NCBI RefSeq assembly: GCF_006345805.1
Contig: NW_021836000.1
Span: 1-64,000 of the forward strand
DNA: 64,000 nt
Origin: Octopus sinensis
Taxonomy: Eukaryota
Direction of reading: 5' to 3'
In this document: one piece after another, positions 26,092 to 39,400 of the stretch
Position numbering within the stretch: position 1 is the stretch's first letter
How the letters are laid out: the number at the start of each line of letters is the position of its first letter
Position numbers and translations under genes: made by a program
Notes under the pieces: model-generated
Seen by the model: only the letters and a program-made list of their open reading frames with translations
Databases searched by the model: none
What the model was told of the DNA's origin: nothing

Positions 26092-28206
26092 TTGGAAAAT
26101 TTTATTACTTTTTTTTCGACACATACCTATTCTTGTTCGACAAGACTTTCCTCCAATATCTCCTGCCCTTGCGGAAGTGCCCAACTCATATCTGTTCTGG
26201 GATTCAATGCCAACGCCACGGTTCTGCATTACGGTTCAGTCCCCGTGTTGCGACAGCAGACGGGATTTCCGACCGAGACATGTTTGAGAAACAACTTTCT
26301 GTGTTCCTTCTCAGAAATGCCTCTACTTACATTAACATCGCCAAGTATTTCAGGATCTGGAATTGTGTCTACAATGTCTCCGTCAAGCCCTCCACAATGC
26401 TCAAGGACATTGCTGATTACCGCGAACCAGACTTTTGTTGCCACGTTGAAGAAACTGTTTCCGGACATTATTCACTCAAAGTCAAATGGGAATTGTCTCA
26501 AATTAAGGAGAGTTGGCCCTCAAATTATTCAACGGGGAATGTTCGTGCTGAACAGAGATCAATTCCGAAATTTACAACACAATTTACTACGAATATTAAC
26601 GTAGGTGGTCCTATGCTCTATTCGTAAAGTCAAGAAAATGTCCAAAACTGTTTAAGACGTTCAGATTTGGTTGTCCAAATCCTTCAACCCAGACAAAACG
26701 AACTTTGAGGCGATCAACTCGCCCAACTGGGTCAGCCTAATTCTGTCAAGTCTTATGGTTGGGCCACTGTCCCGTTTTCAGTTGATTGACCGACGTGTGT
26801 TCTGACCTCCCTCTCCAGTTGATTGTACACTTTTTGTTTTGCTCGGCTTATTTCTGGTCCCATCGACAGCCCCAGTCTATATGTGTAGCCGAGGATGTGA
26901 TTGTCCCGTCTTGTAAGTTCAGTGAAGCCGTGATCACCTCCTTCGAGTTCGAATCCACCAAATACAGTAAACACGTTTTGCGTTCCCTCAATGCTGTATG
27001 CCTGCTGATTCATTCAGATGTACTATGTTCTCCACCAACACGGCGTGTCTCACTCCCCTCTCGCCTGGCCGAACCCTCACCTCTCGAATATCTCCAGTCG
27101 CACCAAAGAACGAATTTTCGAGGAATTCAGTGTCCGTCGGACCAACTGTCTGAGTAGTCAATTCGTGGAAGGATTGTCCATCAAGGTGAGCCAATCAGAC
27201 AACCAACTGCCTCGGTGTGTCATCTGCCGTGAAATTAGGGACTCGTGGCAGAACAGGCTGTACCACACTTTCTTGGTCAAGTCGTGGGAGGTTGGCTGTG
27301 ATTGTAATGCATTGCTCGGGTTCACTCGGACGGGGGAGGACGGGGTGCGCGCCAACATTTCCATGGCCTGCCAGATCGAATGTTTATAAAAAAACTACCG
27401 AATTGTACTCCTCAACCTCACCACTGCGGAGTCTGGTCAATTTGGTGATAAACCTGTCGTTGTGTAATAAGTGTTGGTGACGTCCTGCAAACATGTCATT
27501 CACAAAAAGTGCATGTCGCGAATTAAAGACACCCCCAAGTACTGTCCTCTGTGCTCCACCACCTTCAACTGGGCTACCCCACTCACTACGAAAAGGAAAC
27601 CCGACTTGAATACTGACACGCGGAGTGTCCGTTAATGTTTAGAGGACACTTTCGGTGCCGAACTCCGCGACCATCGGGTAGTGTCCACAATAATGTCGCA
27701 GCTCAAATTGAACAACCTGACCGAGTTTTTTGAAGTGATTACAAACCAAGTGATTACAAACCAATTTCCCCAATTGGTGGCCACGTGCTGTCGACTGACA
27801 TTCTTCAAATATGTCATGTCTGAGGGTCTGTCTCCAAATGTCCTCGTTGTAAATGTCATACTCACGTCCGGTCCTCGTTGATTTCAGAATCCAACCTGCT
27901 AACCCATTTCCTCAAAATCTCCGCCATTCTGCAAGCCCTCTTGTTTGGAGTGGAAGCAAACTGACTCGATTAGCGATATTTGTGATATTCTGGGTATTTC
28001 CATTTCTGAGATGAGACGTGACATTGCTCGACTGTTTGCGGAATGCACATTCAGCACACATTCGGAGGTATTTCTTTATTTGGTCATTCGGTCAGCAGGC
28101 TGGTCTCCTCAATGTCGCCCCGGATCCTGCTCTCGTTTCCTTGCCGGTCCACCTCGTGGAGTTGTACGACCTCATTGCAGACAGGGTGTGCTGGCATGAC
28201 TCTTAG
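26092..28206 (+). pseudogene. UBR1/2/3-family (N-recognin) E3 ubiquitin ligase C-terminal fragment, frameshifted
   Basis: Winged-helix-like MLKDIADYREP...GHYSLK. Split RING-H2: CVICRE near 27216, long insert, then SCKHVIHKKC...YCPLC near 27480-27556. Terminal PALVSLPVHLVELYDLIADRVC. Multiple frameshifts and stops. Confidence 0.7.
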
Positions 28207-28249
28207 TAGATAGAATAACTTGAGTTATCCAATAAAATGTATTTTATTC

Positions 28250-28780
28250 ATTCATCAGAATCATTACGAATTGTATGAAGTCTACTCCGGCCGACCATAT
28301 GAATCAGAAAACCAACATGATCAAACTTGCAGACCATTTCGAAATCTTTGAACCCAAATCTTTGCCTCAGCGAGTATGATCAAAAACCACCCAAGTCACA
28401 ATCTCATGACAACACCAACCCCTGACAGAAACATCAAAAACATTCCACTACTGCCGTATTCTAAACTCATTCTCTAACAAAAAATCATCTGAAATAAAAG
28501 AACTAATAACTAAATCCTTCTTGAACGCAATAACCACCAACAATATCCCCTAAAAAATAAACACAGCTGAAAAAGATCTCATCCGCAAAGATAGGTTTGA
28601 ACTCGCAAGATTTTGCTGTTGGAATCATCCACTTTGGTACTTCGAACATGTCCTTGAAATTACTGAACAACGTGGGAGCAATGTCGAGAGAGTGCTGTCT
28701 CCGATTTGTTTCGTAATTCCACTCTCTGTTGGGGATTGTCGGGCAAACTGACATTCAGACAAACTTACTGGTGTGGGCAC
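28250..28780 (-). pseudogene. Convergent 3' fragment of an unidentified gene with mini-introns
   Basis: Coding-like GC content, GT-AG mini-intron-like segments, stop followed by AATAAA, tail-to-tail with the UBR fragment. Confidence 0.3.
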
Positions 28781-28789
28781 TGGATCCCA

Positions 28790-29530
28790 AAGTTTTTAAA
28801 ATTTTTCAAAAATTAGGACATGAAAAAGTTGCTCTGTCTGGACCTACGATTAACAAAATTAGATCCATGGTCGCATCTAAAATATCAATGAATGATTTCA
28901 TATCGTCTAATGTTTGGCTTCAAAGATTTATGAAGCTAAACAATTTACAATACAAAACATTGGACGCTAAAGTTGTCCTTTATGATAAAAAATATTTTTA
29001 AATGCGACGAAACTGTACTCTTTTTCAAATATACAACAACTAAGTCATTTGTGCAGCACGGAGAATATTCGTTCTGTTTTAAGCAACACAAAGAAAGGGT
29101 TAGTCTGCTTCTCTGCCGCAGCTATCTTAGACATGAACTTTCCATTAGTTATTGGCAAATATAAAAACCCTCGATGCTTAAAACAATTTAATTTTGATGT
29201 TTTTAACGTCATGCATTCTTTTAGAAATTTGAGGATGACAATTGACAATTTTAAAACCTGGATTTTAAAAATAAATTTAATAATACTTTCAGAAGAAAAA
29301 AATATATTAATGTTGTTAGATAATGCTAGTCCACATCTATTAGTTGATTTTTCAAACGTTAAATTTTTTTACTTACCTAAAATACAACACATTAATCTAG
29401 CCATTGGATATGAGGATAATTAAAAGATTCAAAATAAATTAAAGCAATTTACTTATTAAATTCCTTTTCCTTTATGAATTAATTAATTAATGATTAACGA
29501 ATGGTGGCTAGTTGACACTGATTTTGACAT
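28790..29530 (+). mobile_element. pogo/Tigger transposase relic
   Basis: SNVWLQRFMK, IFKCDET, KERVSLLLC, IGKYKNPRC, LLDNASPH; paralogous to 33963-35374. Confidence 0.75.
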
Positions 29531-29839
29531 TAATTAAATTGTATCAAATTTCGCAATTAATATCAAATTTCGCACATGAAATTAGTTTTTTTCCATCAAA
29601 AATTTTCTACATTAGTGTACTTGTAAATCCCTAATTAAAATAAATTAATTAGAATACAAATGGAAAGTAAAATGGCAATGGCATTTTTTGACCTTTCAAT
29701 TATTATTTTTTGATTTTTTAAAACTGGACATCCGGATTCAATAAACTGACATAAATTGTGGCTTTTCATCACTTCAAAATTATGCTTTGTGTGAATTTCC
29801 GAATTAAGCACATCATGATTTTCCGCTAGAAATAAAATA

Positions 29840-30930
29840 CAGTAAAACCTCTGGTGCTCGCCACCTCTGTTACTCGCCACCTCTATTGCTCGCCACATAT
29901 TTTTCAAAAAATTAAAAATTTCTAGTAAATTTTGATAAATATTCTATTGCTCGCCATTTTCTAAATCTCGCCATTAATTTTTAAAAATATTTTTTTTGGT
30001 TAAACTATTTTTTATATAAAAGTTGATCAGAAACAAGAAATTGATACATTTACTTCTTTGATCTCTGCAAAGATTCAACAATATAATGCTGAAAACATTT
30101 ATAACGCTGATGAAACTGGGATTTTTTACAAATCTATCCCTTCAAAAAGTGTTTGTCAGCAGGTTCGATATGGATATAAAATCCTTAAAGAACGGTTTAA
30201 TATTTATTTATTTTTTAGATTTTCTTTGTTGCTATGCTCAAATATGACTGGGACAGACAAAAAAATTATGATTGGAAAGTTCCAGAAACCTCGCTGCTTT
30301 AAAAATTTTTAAGTCGAAAATTTTGTCGATTACTTCATTCACCAAAAGCATGGATGACAAGTAAAATTTTTAACGAATGGCTTTTAACATGGGATAGGCA
30401 TCTAAAAAAACGAAAAATTCTTTTAGTTGTGGATCGATTCCCATCCCATAAACTTTACGCTGATTTAGAGTCAATTGAAGTTCTTTACCTACCTTCGAAG
30501 ACTACAACAATTCTACAACCAATGGATCAAGGAATCATTAGATCCTTCAAAGGATATTTTAATAAACTTAAATTTGAGTTTATGTTAGAAAAAATTGAAA
30601 ATGGAGAAAATCCACTGGAAGCTCATAAAAAATTAACCTTAAAAGACGGTCTTCTTTTTACATATTTTGTCTGGAAAAAAGTAACGACTAAAACAATTAC
30701 AAATTGTTTCGGACATTCAAAAAGGATCGAATGTGAAAATCAACTCGAAAGACAAACTGTTGAAATTGATAATTATGATCAAATGGTAAATATCTTGAAA
30801 ATATTGGACCCGGTGGATAAAGATGATTTTATTAATCATGAATTTACCGAAATATATGAAATTGAAGATTACCTTAAAATTGCTGGAGATTTTTTCCCAC
30901 AAAAATAAATTAAAAATATTAATAACCCAC
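29840..30930 (+). mobile_element. pogo/Tigger element, left TIR plus partial DDD transposase
   Basis: TA|CAGTAAAACCTC TIR with CTCGCCA subterminal repeats; NADETG, AWMTSKIF, LQPMDQGII. Confidence 0.85.
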
Positions 30931-31883
30931 ACGTCATTTTTATAAAATAATTTACCTTGAGTTCAATCACGACAAATACTGACAATAACACATTTTATTG
31001 ACCTGTACAGTCCAGTCTGACACAGAATACTTTTGTAATATCATCTCAATCTAGATATACATAACATACTATACTCGACTAGTAACACTAATCACTATAC
31101 TCATTTCCCACAGTCACCCGAATTTTGGCATGATTAAAGGAGACTAGTCTTAGCCAAATCTGCACAGCTGGGGGGGATTACTCAATACACCTTCAACAGT
31201 AAAATCTAAAAATAAACACAGAATTTACTATTTCTTAACATGAGCATTTTCTGTGTATCCCTAATAGGTTAATATTGATGTTGTTATTTTTTAATCGTTT
31301 TTTATTGAAGAAAAAGTCACTATTATAAGGCACTTGCGGTTGCATGTATGATGGAGAGTGCATTGACACGAATAATAGTCATTCCAATTTTTGGGAACAA
31401 CCATGACACTTACCGAGGCTCCCCACTTCGCACAGCGACTTTTGATCGGACTTTTTTGATAAAAAAAATGTCATTAGAGGGCCGGCTACCCTCGATGTTT
31501 CCACAGTGATAAAAATGAAACGATAACGTTGTCTAAGATTTGTATTTGACGAAGATATGTTCCTTGATCAAAAAAAATTTCCTGCATAGTGGATCCAGAA
31601 AATTATGATGGATTTCAACAAGATGTACTCTTTATTATTTTAAAAACATCGTACTACATGCCATTAGGTTAGCATAATTTTTTAACGTAATATTATTTTA
31701 TACCGACATATTCTGTCACATTATTTTGTCTCGCGACATATCAACATCGTTTATTGTCAAAATAATAGCTCCTTTGAAATTCTTTTTATTTGATGGAAAA
31801 ATTTATTATTTTTTTCTCAGCATTCCATATTTTTGAATACTTATTAATTATTCATTCTGGGTTCCTGGGAAGTTCCATAGACG

Positions 31884-32318
31884 GATCTAAGCTGTGAAAC
31901 AATAGTTAGGGATCCAGTAAAGTGAAAAATAGTAAAGAGTAGGAACAAGACATTGTACTAATTGAGTCACAGTGGCCTGATAAATCGCAGACAAAAGGCT
32001 TAACAAATACTCTTTAAAGTTTTACTGCGTTGAGAGTTCGAGTGTATTCTCTAGTCATTTAAAATCCGTGACAACTGTTTCGCAATCCGTGAGGCTGGGA
32101 GGGAGTCCTAAACTGCAATCATTGATCGATCGTTTTTTGTAAATATCATTTAATTGATGTAGCATGTTTCTAGTGGGCCATTTCAAATAAATGTTGTTTG
32201 AAATCATAGCCACGGTGAACTGATAAAAGTGAGATAAAGGAATATTTTTTTGGACATCTTTTTTCACGTTTGTACACCTTGGGGTTTCGTTCACAAAAAT
32301 ATAAAATAAATTTTTTGT
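31884..32318 (+). repeat. Dispersed repeat, copy B (has an extra segment with a 24-nt intron-like GT-AG stretch)
   Basis: Homologous to 25757-26088; ends 11 nt from the Kir stop codon. Confidence 0.8.
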
Positions 32319-32329
32319 ATTAATAAGAG

Positions 32330-33398
32330 TTAATATTGAGTTAGCTTTGGTTCAATTTGAGGAATTGTTTTCTCAAAATGCTCTACGTCGGCATGCCAAT
32401 CAACTCCACTAAGAGAGAATATATTCGAGAATCTATGATCCCAGAGGACCTCAGTTGAATGGTAAGAAGTCCGTGATTTCACGGAATAACCAGACGATTC
32501 ACTGACTCCTGTCACTGTGACGATAATCTCACATCCATCAGCAATGAACTTTGATTGGTCGTATTTGTAAAGAGGGCTGTTTTCGTCTATCATGTGAGAG
32601 ACCGTTATTGGCCAGCCAGAGTCAGGAGAACTTGAATCAAAATTGGTTGCAAGACGTTTAGAGTGAAAAGGAATCATTTCCCCTTCGGCAGTAATTCGAG
32701 AACAAATGAGACACATTTTAACATTAGAAGCTATAATTTGAGACTTTTGGATATTAAGAATTCGACAAATAAAATATTTTGATTGATTCCTTTTACAAAC
32801 AACCGCATTTTTTGTAAAAATCCAAGTTTTTTGCCTTGAAAGCGGATTGGATATTTTTTTGAATGCAAGTCCAAAAGCCAAAGATTCCAAACAAATTCCA
32901 ATCAGTGTTTGCAATAAGAGAACTATGCCTGAAAGAGGACAGTTTGAACTAACAAACATATGGCCGTATCCAACAGTGCATTGTGTTGCCATTGAAAAAA
33001 CCATTGCTCCTAAAAAAGTGTTTAAATTATGAACACATTCCGTTTCACTGTATAAAAACAGAATGTACCAGATCAGTGCAAACACAACAGAACTAAGTAA
33101 ATATATAAAAATGATGAAAATAAATAATTGTATCCAATTCAGTAAGAGCAGAGATGTCAAAAAATCGGAAATAACACGTTTTTTTATTAAACCGGAAATT
33201 CTACATTTAATTTTTCCGTTTTTTTCGACTAATCGGGAGTTCGTTCTAGCCCACTTTTTGGATGAACTTTGGTGGGAAGAAGGAGCTTCCCCCTCATTCA
33301 TGTAAACTGACAAGTCTGCTTCATTTGAATCCTGATCAACGTAAGACAGATAATAAAAATACTTTGCATGGAAAAAGTAACTCTGTTGAACTGGACAT
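32330..33398 (-). CDS. Inward-rectifier potassium channel (Kir family), 2 exons
   Basis: Exon 1 MSSSTELLFPCK, 31-nt intron 33332-33362, then RLVEKNGK, M1, C-V, TQCTVGYG filter, CP, M2, FTKNAVV, TAEGE, WPITVSHMIDENSPLY, EIIV, SRTSY..TEVLWDHRF. Confidence 0.93.
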
Positions 33399-33872
33399 AA
33401 ATTATGTTAAATTTTTATATTTGACCTTATTTTTTAAAAAATTCTTGAATAAAAATAAATTAAATTTAGAGAGAATTTATTTTATTTTGGTCATTATCCT
33501 GCTATTATGTTTATTCGGTACTTTTATTAATATTATCATTTTAGTACTTTTCATAAGGATTACATAAAATTACAATTAAAACCGAAGTACGTGGATTTTT
33601 CTATGATGTCAAAAGTCTTACATATCACTACAAACCTTTTTCCCTCAAATATTCTGTCCTTCTTTCACACGGGGTTGGCATAAATTTTTTTAGCTTGTTT
33701 AATTTTTGGTGTAAAAAATATTACTCAGCAGAGTAAATGGACAATTTAAACTTTCGATAACTTTAAAAATGATAATTCTTAATTTACTGACTTTATTTTT
33801 CGACTACGGTTTTGCACCCGTAATTTTATTTTTTGCAAATGAGCAGCTTTGATATGATTTATTAAAGTTATA

Positions 33873-35614
33873 CAGTCCGACCCCCAAATGGGGCACCAAG
33901 TGCCCCAAAATGCGGGGGTGCCCCAAAAACAGGGGTTTGTTATTTTTTTAAAAATTAAACCATTAATAAACATCAAAAACATTTTTACTAAAATATTCAG
34001 TTATTTTCTTTTTATTTGTAGAGTTTTGTCTGATATTGTTCGTCAATTTCAGCCGAAAATCAAAAAAATCTCGGAGCATACTTGGTGCAACATTAGAAAT
34101 TTTTTCTTCTAAATTGTTAAGCAGATCTTTTGTTTTTGCTACGACATTTTCACTATTTTCGGTTTCTGAATATGTATCATAAACATTATTGTTCATGTCT
34201 TCGCATTCTCCATCAATTGTTTCGTTAACAACTTGATCTAAATGTTCATCTGTTAGACAGTTTTTTGTTGCATAAGAATCACGGTTCCTGTCGATTTTCT
34301 TCCAACAATTAACAATACTTTTAGCATCTATTTTCTCCCATCCTTTTGAAATTAGCATCATAACCTGACGCAAATTTAATTTACCAATAGAATGTGTAAA
34401 ATCGTTTTCGAAATCTTGAAAACATAAAAATTCCATTAAGAAAGAGGAATAATAATCTTTAAAAATCTTGATTATTCCCATATCCAAAGGTTGTAAATAG
34501 GGCGTTGTATTTTTCGGCAAAAATAAAAATTCGATGTTCGAACATTCGGCAGTTTTATGGCATCCCGCATTGTCAAGTATTAATAATATTTTTCTGTTGT
34601 TTTTGCAAAACGATTCATTTATAAGTGTAAGCCAACTCATAAAAGTCTTTCCAGTCATCCATGCATTTTGAGAAGATGAATACAATAACCCAAAATCTTG
34701 AACATCAAATTTTTTAGACACCGAGGTTTTTTATATTTTCCAATAATCAATGGATTAAGTTTTTCCCCGATTAAACTGCAGCATAGAAGAACAGTGAGTC
34801 TTTCTTTCCCTTGTTTATAACCAAAACACGGTTCGCCTTGTTCAACAAATGATTTTTGAGGAGTTCTTTTTATAAAAAGCGCAGTTTCATCACAATTAAA
34901 TATATTCTCAGGTCCATATTTTAATACTTTCTGGTCATATTTTTCAAAATAATTTTTCACATAAGATAAATCACATGAAGCTTTTTCACCACATATTGAC
35001 TTGAATTGAAGTTCATGCCGCAATTTAAATCTATCAAGCCACCCATTGGAAGCTTTAAAAGAAGTAAATCCAATTTTTGAAGCTGTAACTAAGGCAATTT
35101 TTTTCAAAATAGGGCCTGAAATCGGAATTTTATCTACGCGTAGTCTTTGAAATATTTCAAAGACTTGATCATCAAATTTATCTTTATCGGCTTTAAATGT
35201 GTCATATTCCTCAGAAATAGTATTGCCGTGTTGCAAGAAAGGTACAATATTTCGTTTTATTCTTGATATTGTTCCTTTACTTGTGTTGTACTTTTTCATT
35301 AGTTGCCTCTCAGATAAATTTTTCTTCAAAATTTCTTTAGCAATCTTCAATTTAGTTTCGTAATCCATAACCACAACAATAAAAATATAAATTGAAAATA
35401 AAACAAAAAATAATTAATTTATTATAATTTTATTTTATTTTTAATTCCTTATAAATGATTTTATGGTGCCCCAAAAATTCCATAATTTTTTATCGATTTT
35501 TATTTTTTTTCTGCCAAAATGTACTTTTGGAATAAAGTGCCCCAAATTGCGGGGGTGCCCCAAAATCCGAGGGTGCCCCACCCCTGGGGTCTGCCCCATT
35601 TTGGGGTCGGACTG
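33873..35614 (-). mobile_element. Complete pogo/Tigger DNA transposon; transposase 33963-35374 with one frameshift
   Basis: TIRs CAGTCCGACCCC.AAATGGGGCA at both ends with TA TSD; HTH and CENP-B-type HTH (ASNGWLDRFK), CDET, DNA, QPLD catalytic triad. Confidence 0.95.
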
Positions 35615-35649
35615 TATACTGTTGCCTTAGGCTTAATTTTGCAAGCATT

Positions 35650-36330
35650 TTTTTACTTAATTACACGAATATGTCTTGTTCCTGATACGCCTAGGAGATT
35701 GTTGAAATAATCTCTTCCCTTAAATCTTAATGTTTACTCCAATTCTAGCTTTTGTCACTTTTTAGAAGGTCATTTGCTCGACCGATACAGCAGTCAATCA
35801 TCTAATTTTTCTTATCATCTTTGATTTTAAAAAATTCATCTCTCAAGGAATAATAAAAATGTTCTTTCCAGGTTACAGCCACAAAATAAACTCTCTAATA
35901 AACGGAAAAAAACATTCTGCCAAGTCTTCCATCAAACTGAGAATCTAAACAGATTAGTGCTGTTAATCCATCGGCTCTTGATTAAATACGGACAAAATGT
36001 TTGTCCTAGGCATAGACAAATGACGGTGAATGGACAAAACCGTCGTGAATGAATTATTTTCCTTTATCCTTTGAAGTCTGTCAATCCATCAGTAAAGTTC
36101 TACATGATACACAAACCTGTCAATTTTATCAGAGAGGTTTCCATAAAATAAAAATATTTTGAAAATAATCAGATATAAAAGAATCGGGCATATGCCAATA
36201 TGATGCCAATACTCATCTCGACAAAATATTGCTGAGAGTAGTTAAAGATAGTCTGATATAAATATTAACAAAGTTAGTAGCTGTATTTCCTAAAACAACA
36301 TTTTGCTCTAATCACTGTGAAACAAAAGAA
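35650..36330 (-). mobile_element. Decayed non-LTR RT relic
   Basis: Frameshifted remnants resembling GI.QG...SP and LAYA(DD). Confidence 0.35.
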
Positions 36331-36405
36331 CCCTCTTTAAATCTGATTTAAATGTGTTAAAAAATTTTTGTGTAAATAAATATTTATTATTAAGATTATT
36401 TTAGT

Positions 36406-39400
36406 TTAATTCGTGTACAACTTAACTTCAACACAAAGTTCTCGAAATACAAAATAGTAAGAACTAAAATATAAAAATGTAATTGGTAGCATCATCCATT
36501 CAAAAAACGAGCTTACGGATACAAAATTCTATTTTTTATAAATAAACCTTATCAAATTTAATATTAAACCAAAAACAAAAATTAAACAAAAATTAATTGA
36601 TATTCTCTCTTCTCTTAGGGGAACTACTCCGTTGACCGGTCATGTCTTGACACCTCTCCTCTTCGTATTGCAGTAAGAAAGCAGACTCCTCTGGCAAGTC
36701 AACTGACACTCCCAGTTCTTCTCCTCTAGCGATAAGACTATCCGTTTCCTTCTCAATTTGGTAGTTGTCGACCTTCATGCCATGTTTGTATTCAACGACC
36801 ATGCTCTCCAGGGTTTTCTTGATTGTCACTGATTGAATGTACGCCTTAGTCGGGACCTCTATATTCAACTTTTTCATGTAGGACTTATAGAACTTGGTCA
36901 CTACCCATCCCATGTCAATACGACAGGGACTATCGTGACTTTTGCCTTGTGAATCTGTGCCAATTCTCCAGCAAGTAGATCATACTTGTGGAGTTTCTCT
37001 ACTTCGACTTGCTTTAACCTGTCCTGGGATGTGACCCCGACTTCGATTATCGTTATCTCATTTTTCATTTTATCAAGCACGAAAATGTCTGGCTTGTTGT
37101 TTTTAACTTCAATGTCGGTCTGCAACGTCATGTCTACTCGTATTTCAACACGACTATTTTCCACGACCGACTGGACTGAGTGTGCTTTCAATTTCTTGCA
37201 TTTCTTTATTCCGTACTGACGACAGACGTGTAGATGTATGCATCTGACAATTTCATTGTGTCTTCGCATGTATGACCCGTGAAGCATTCTGCTACATCGA
37301 GTAGCTAGGTGATCCACGGTTTTTCTTGCCGAGCCGCAATGGTTACAATTAGGCTTTGCCTCTCCGAAAAACAAATTGCGATCCTGGGCCAAGCAATATA
37401 GTGCCTCGGCCTTTGGGCCATTGTTCCCATTGGCTAGCCATACATTGGACTCCACGATATCAGCACTCGGTTCCTGAATGCATTTAAACAGCGTTGAATG
37501 TATCATCTTAGATTTAATGGTGTCCATTAGTCTTTTCTTCTGGCACTCCTTAATAAGGTTTACATCCAATTTTGATTGGTCTTCCAGATTGTACTTGAGA
37601 GCGAGAAATCTTGCAATCGTGGTCATATGTGTTTTCTTTTCTCTCAAGACCCGCAAGATTCCTGCTCTTCTGAGGCACAACGAGGCTTTTCTTTCAAGGT
37701 CGGAGAGAAATTGGAGCAGGATGCATTCGCTCTTATTGGAAATTGAGATTAAGCCTCTTCCAAACCATTTCTGCCGAGATATAATCTTTCTTTATTAGCG
37801 GGCTTCAGATGGATTCGTAAAGTAGTTAGAATGCGACGAATTACCAGATCAATGGCATCAAACTCACTCGGTTCAATGTCGATCAATCCGATATAGTAGT
37901 TGTAGAGAGAGAGTGCATATTCGTTTATCGCTTTAAAGAGGTTTACTGCACTTAACTTTGTTTTTGCAAGACTCTCGATTCTCTCTTTCACGTTTCGAGC
38001 AATTGTTTTCATTACCTCGATTTTCTTGACATCACTTCCTCTATCCTCCAAGACTCCCAGGTATCGATACCCAGCACACCCATCCAGACATTTTGTATCT
38101 TTCACATAGTCCAGGTTAGTCGCAGACTTTTCCGAGTTCCTCTTGAGGCCAACGGCATCAAAATATTCATCGACATCTTCCATCATTTTTAGAACGGTGT
38201 CTTCTTTCTCAGCAATTATTTTCAGGTCGTCAATAAACAGCAAATGGTTTGTTGAATATGAAACCGTGAACGGGTCATTTTGACCTATACGCACCTTCGG
38301 GAACTTCATATTCAAGCTCCTACTTAACGGATCCATTACCAGAGTGAAGAGTTGTGGAGAGAGTGAGTCTCCTTGTAAGATTCCTCTTTCCAATTTTACA
38401 GTTCCAATTCTCTTATTGTTAAGTGTCAAAATGACATTCCAATTTTTGATTAAAGTTTTCACAAAATTTGTGATCCAATTCGGAATTCCAGACTGATCAA
38501 GCACTTGACATAAGAATTCATGATTGACAGAATCAAATGCCTTTCTGACATCGATCCACGTTGCAAATAAGTTATTTCCATACTCACTATTGACACACTG
38601 GTTTATTAGTGCTTGTTCCTTTGCGCCTTGGCATTGCCTTCTAGCTCCCAGCTGATTATCCGAGATAAGGTTAAACGCTTCGATATAGTCTGTAAGCTTT
38701 GTATTCACACATTTAGTGACAAGTTTGTACAATATAGGCATGCAGGTAATCGGCCTTAAGTCATTTGGGGAATGGCACTTTTCATTTTTTGGAATGAGGT
38801 ATGTTACTCCTGTGTAAAACCACTCAGCAGGGGAATAGCCTCCTTCACAATTTTAAGGATCTCATCGCACAAATGGCCATGAAGAGCTTCGAACTTTTTG
38901 ATAAAAATCCATAAACTCCGTCACAACCCGCGGCTTTCCAATTGGGTACACACTGGATAACATTCTTGATAAAATCAGTTTTCACGTCACTGGAAGCTGT
39001 TCAGCTCCAGTAATATGCTTACCAACAATAGCTTTAGGAGCACGGTTCTCCTCTTTCTTCCATACGCCCTTCCAGAAAGATAGACACTTATCTTCTGGGA
39101 CTTGACAATCAGAATCTTTGTTTTCACAGTTCAGTCTTCGATAGAATCTTCTCCTGTTTAGTTCAAAACAGAAATTATCTTGTCTAAACGACTTTCTGGA
39201 GCGATAGGTTGAGATTTTTTTCTCCATAATTTTGACTCTATCTTCAATAAGACTAGATACACGCGTGCCAGCTCTCCCTTTCTGGATTTTTTGTATCCAA
39301 ACGAGCATAAAATGTTCAGTGTCTTCTCTTTTTCGTCTTTAGATTGCTGGCCATTAAACTTATTAACGAAAGTTAGATTTTCTCTAAGTTTGGAAATCTT

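Noticed and set aside
25969-28206. Endogenous virus or overlapping-gene module suggested by many overlapping ORFs
   Set aside because: No viral hallmark motif was recognised. The plus-strand frames stitch into a frameshifted UBR-type ligase, and the other ORFs are by-products of higher GC.
32330-33313. Kir as an intronless retrocopy
   Set aside because: A 31-nt intron and an upstream in-frame ATG exon (33363-33398) are present.
34655-34721. Programmed frameshift in the pogo transposase (likewise in the CRE and RLE ORFs)
   Set aside because: The shifts fall at or near homopolymers or duplications, and similar indels affect housekeeping genes. Mutation or long-read error is more parsimonious.
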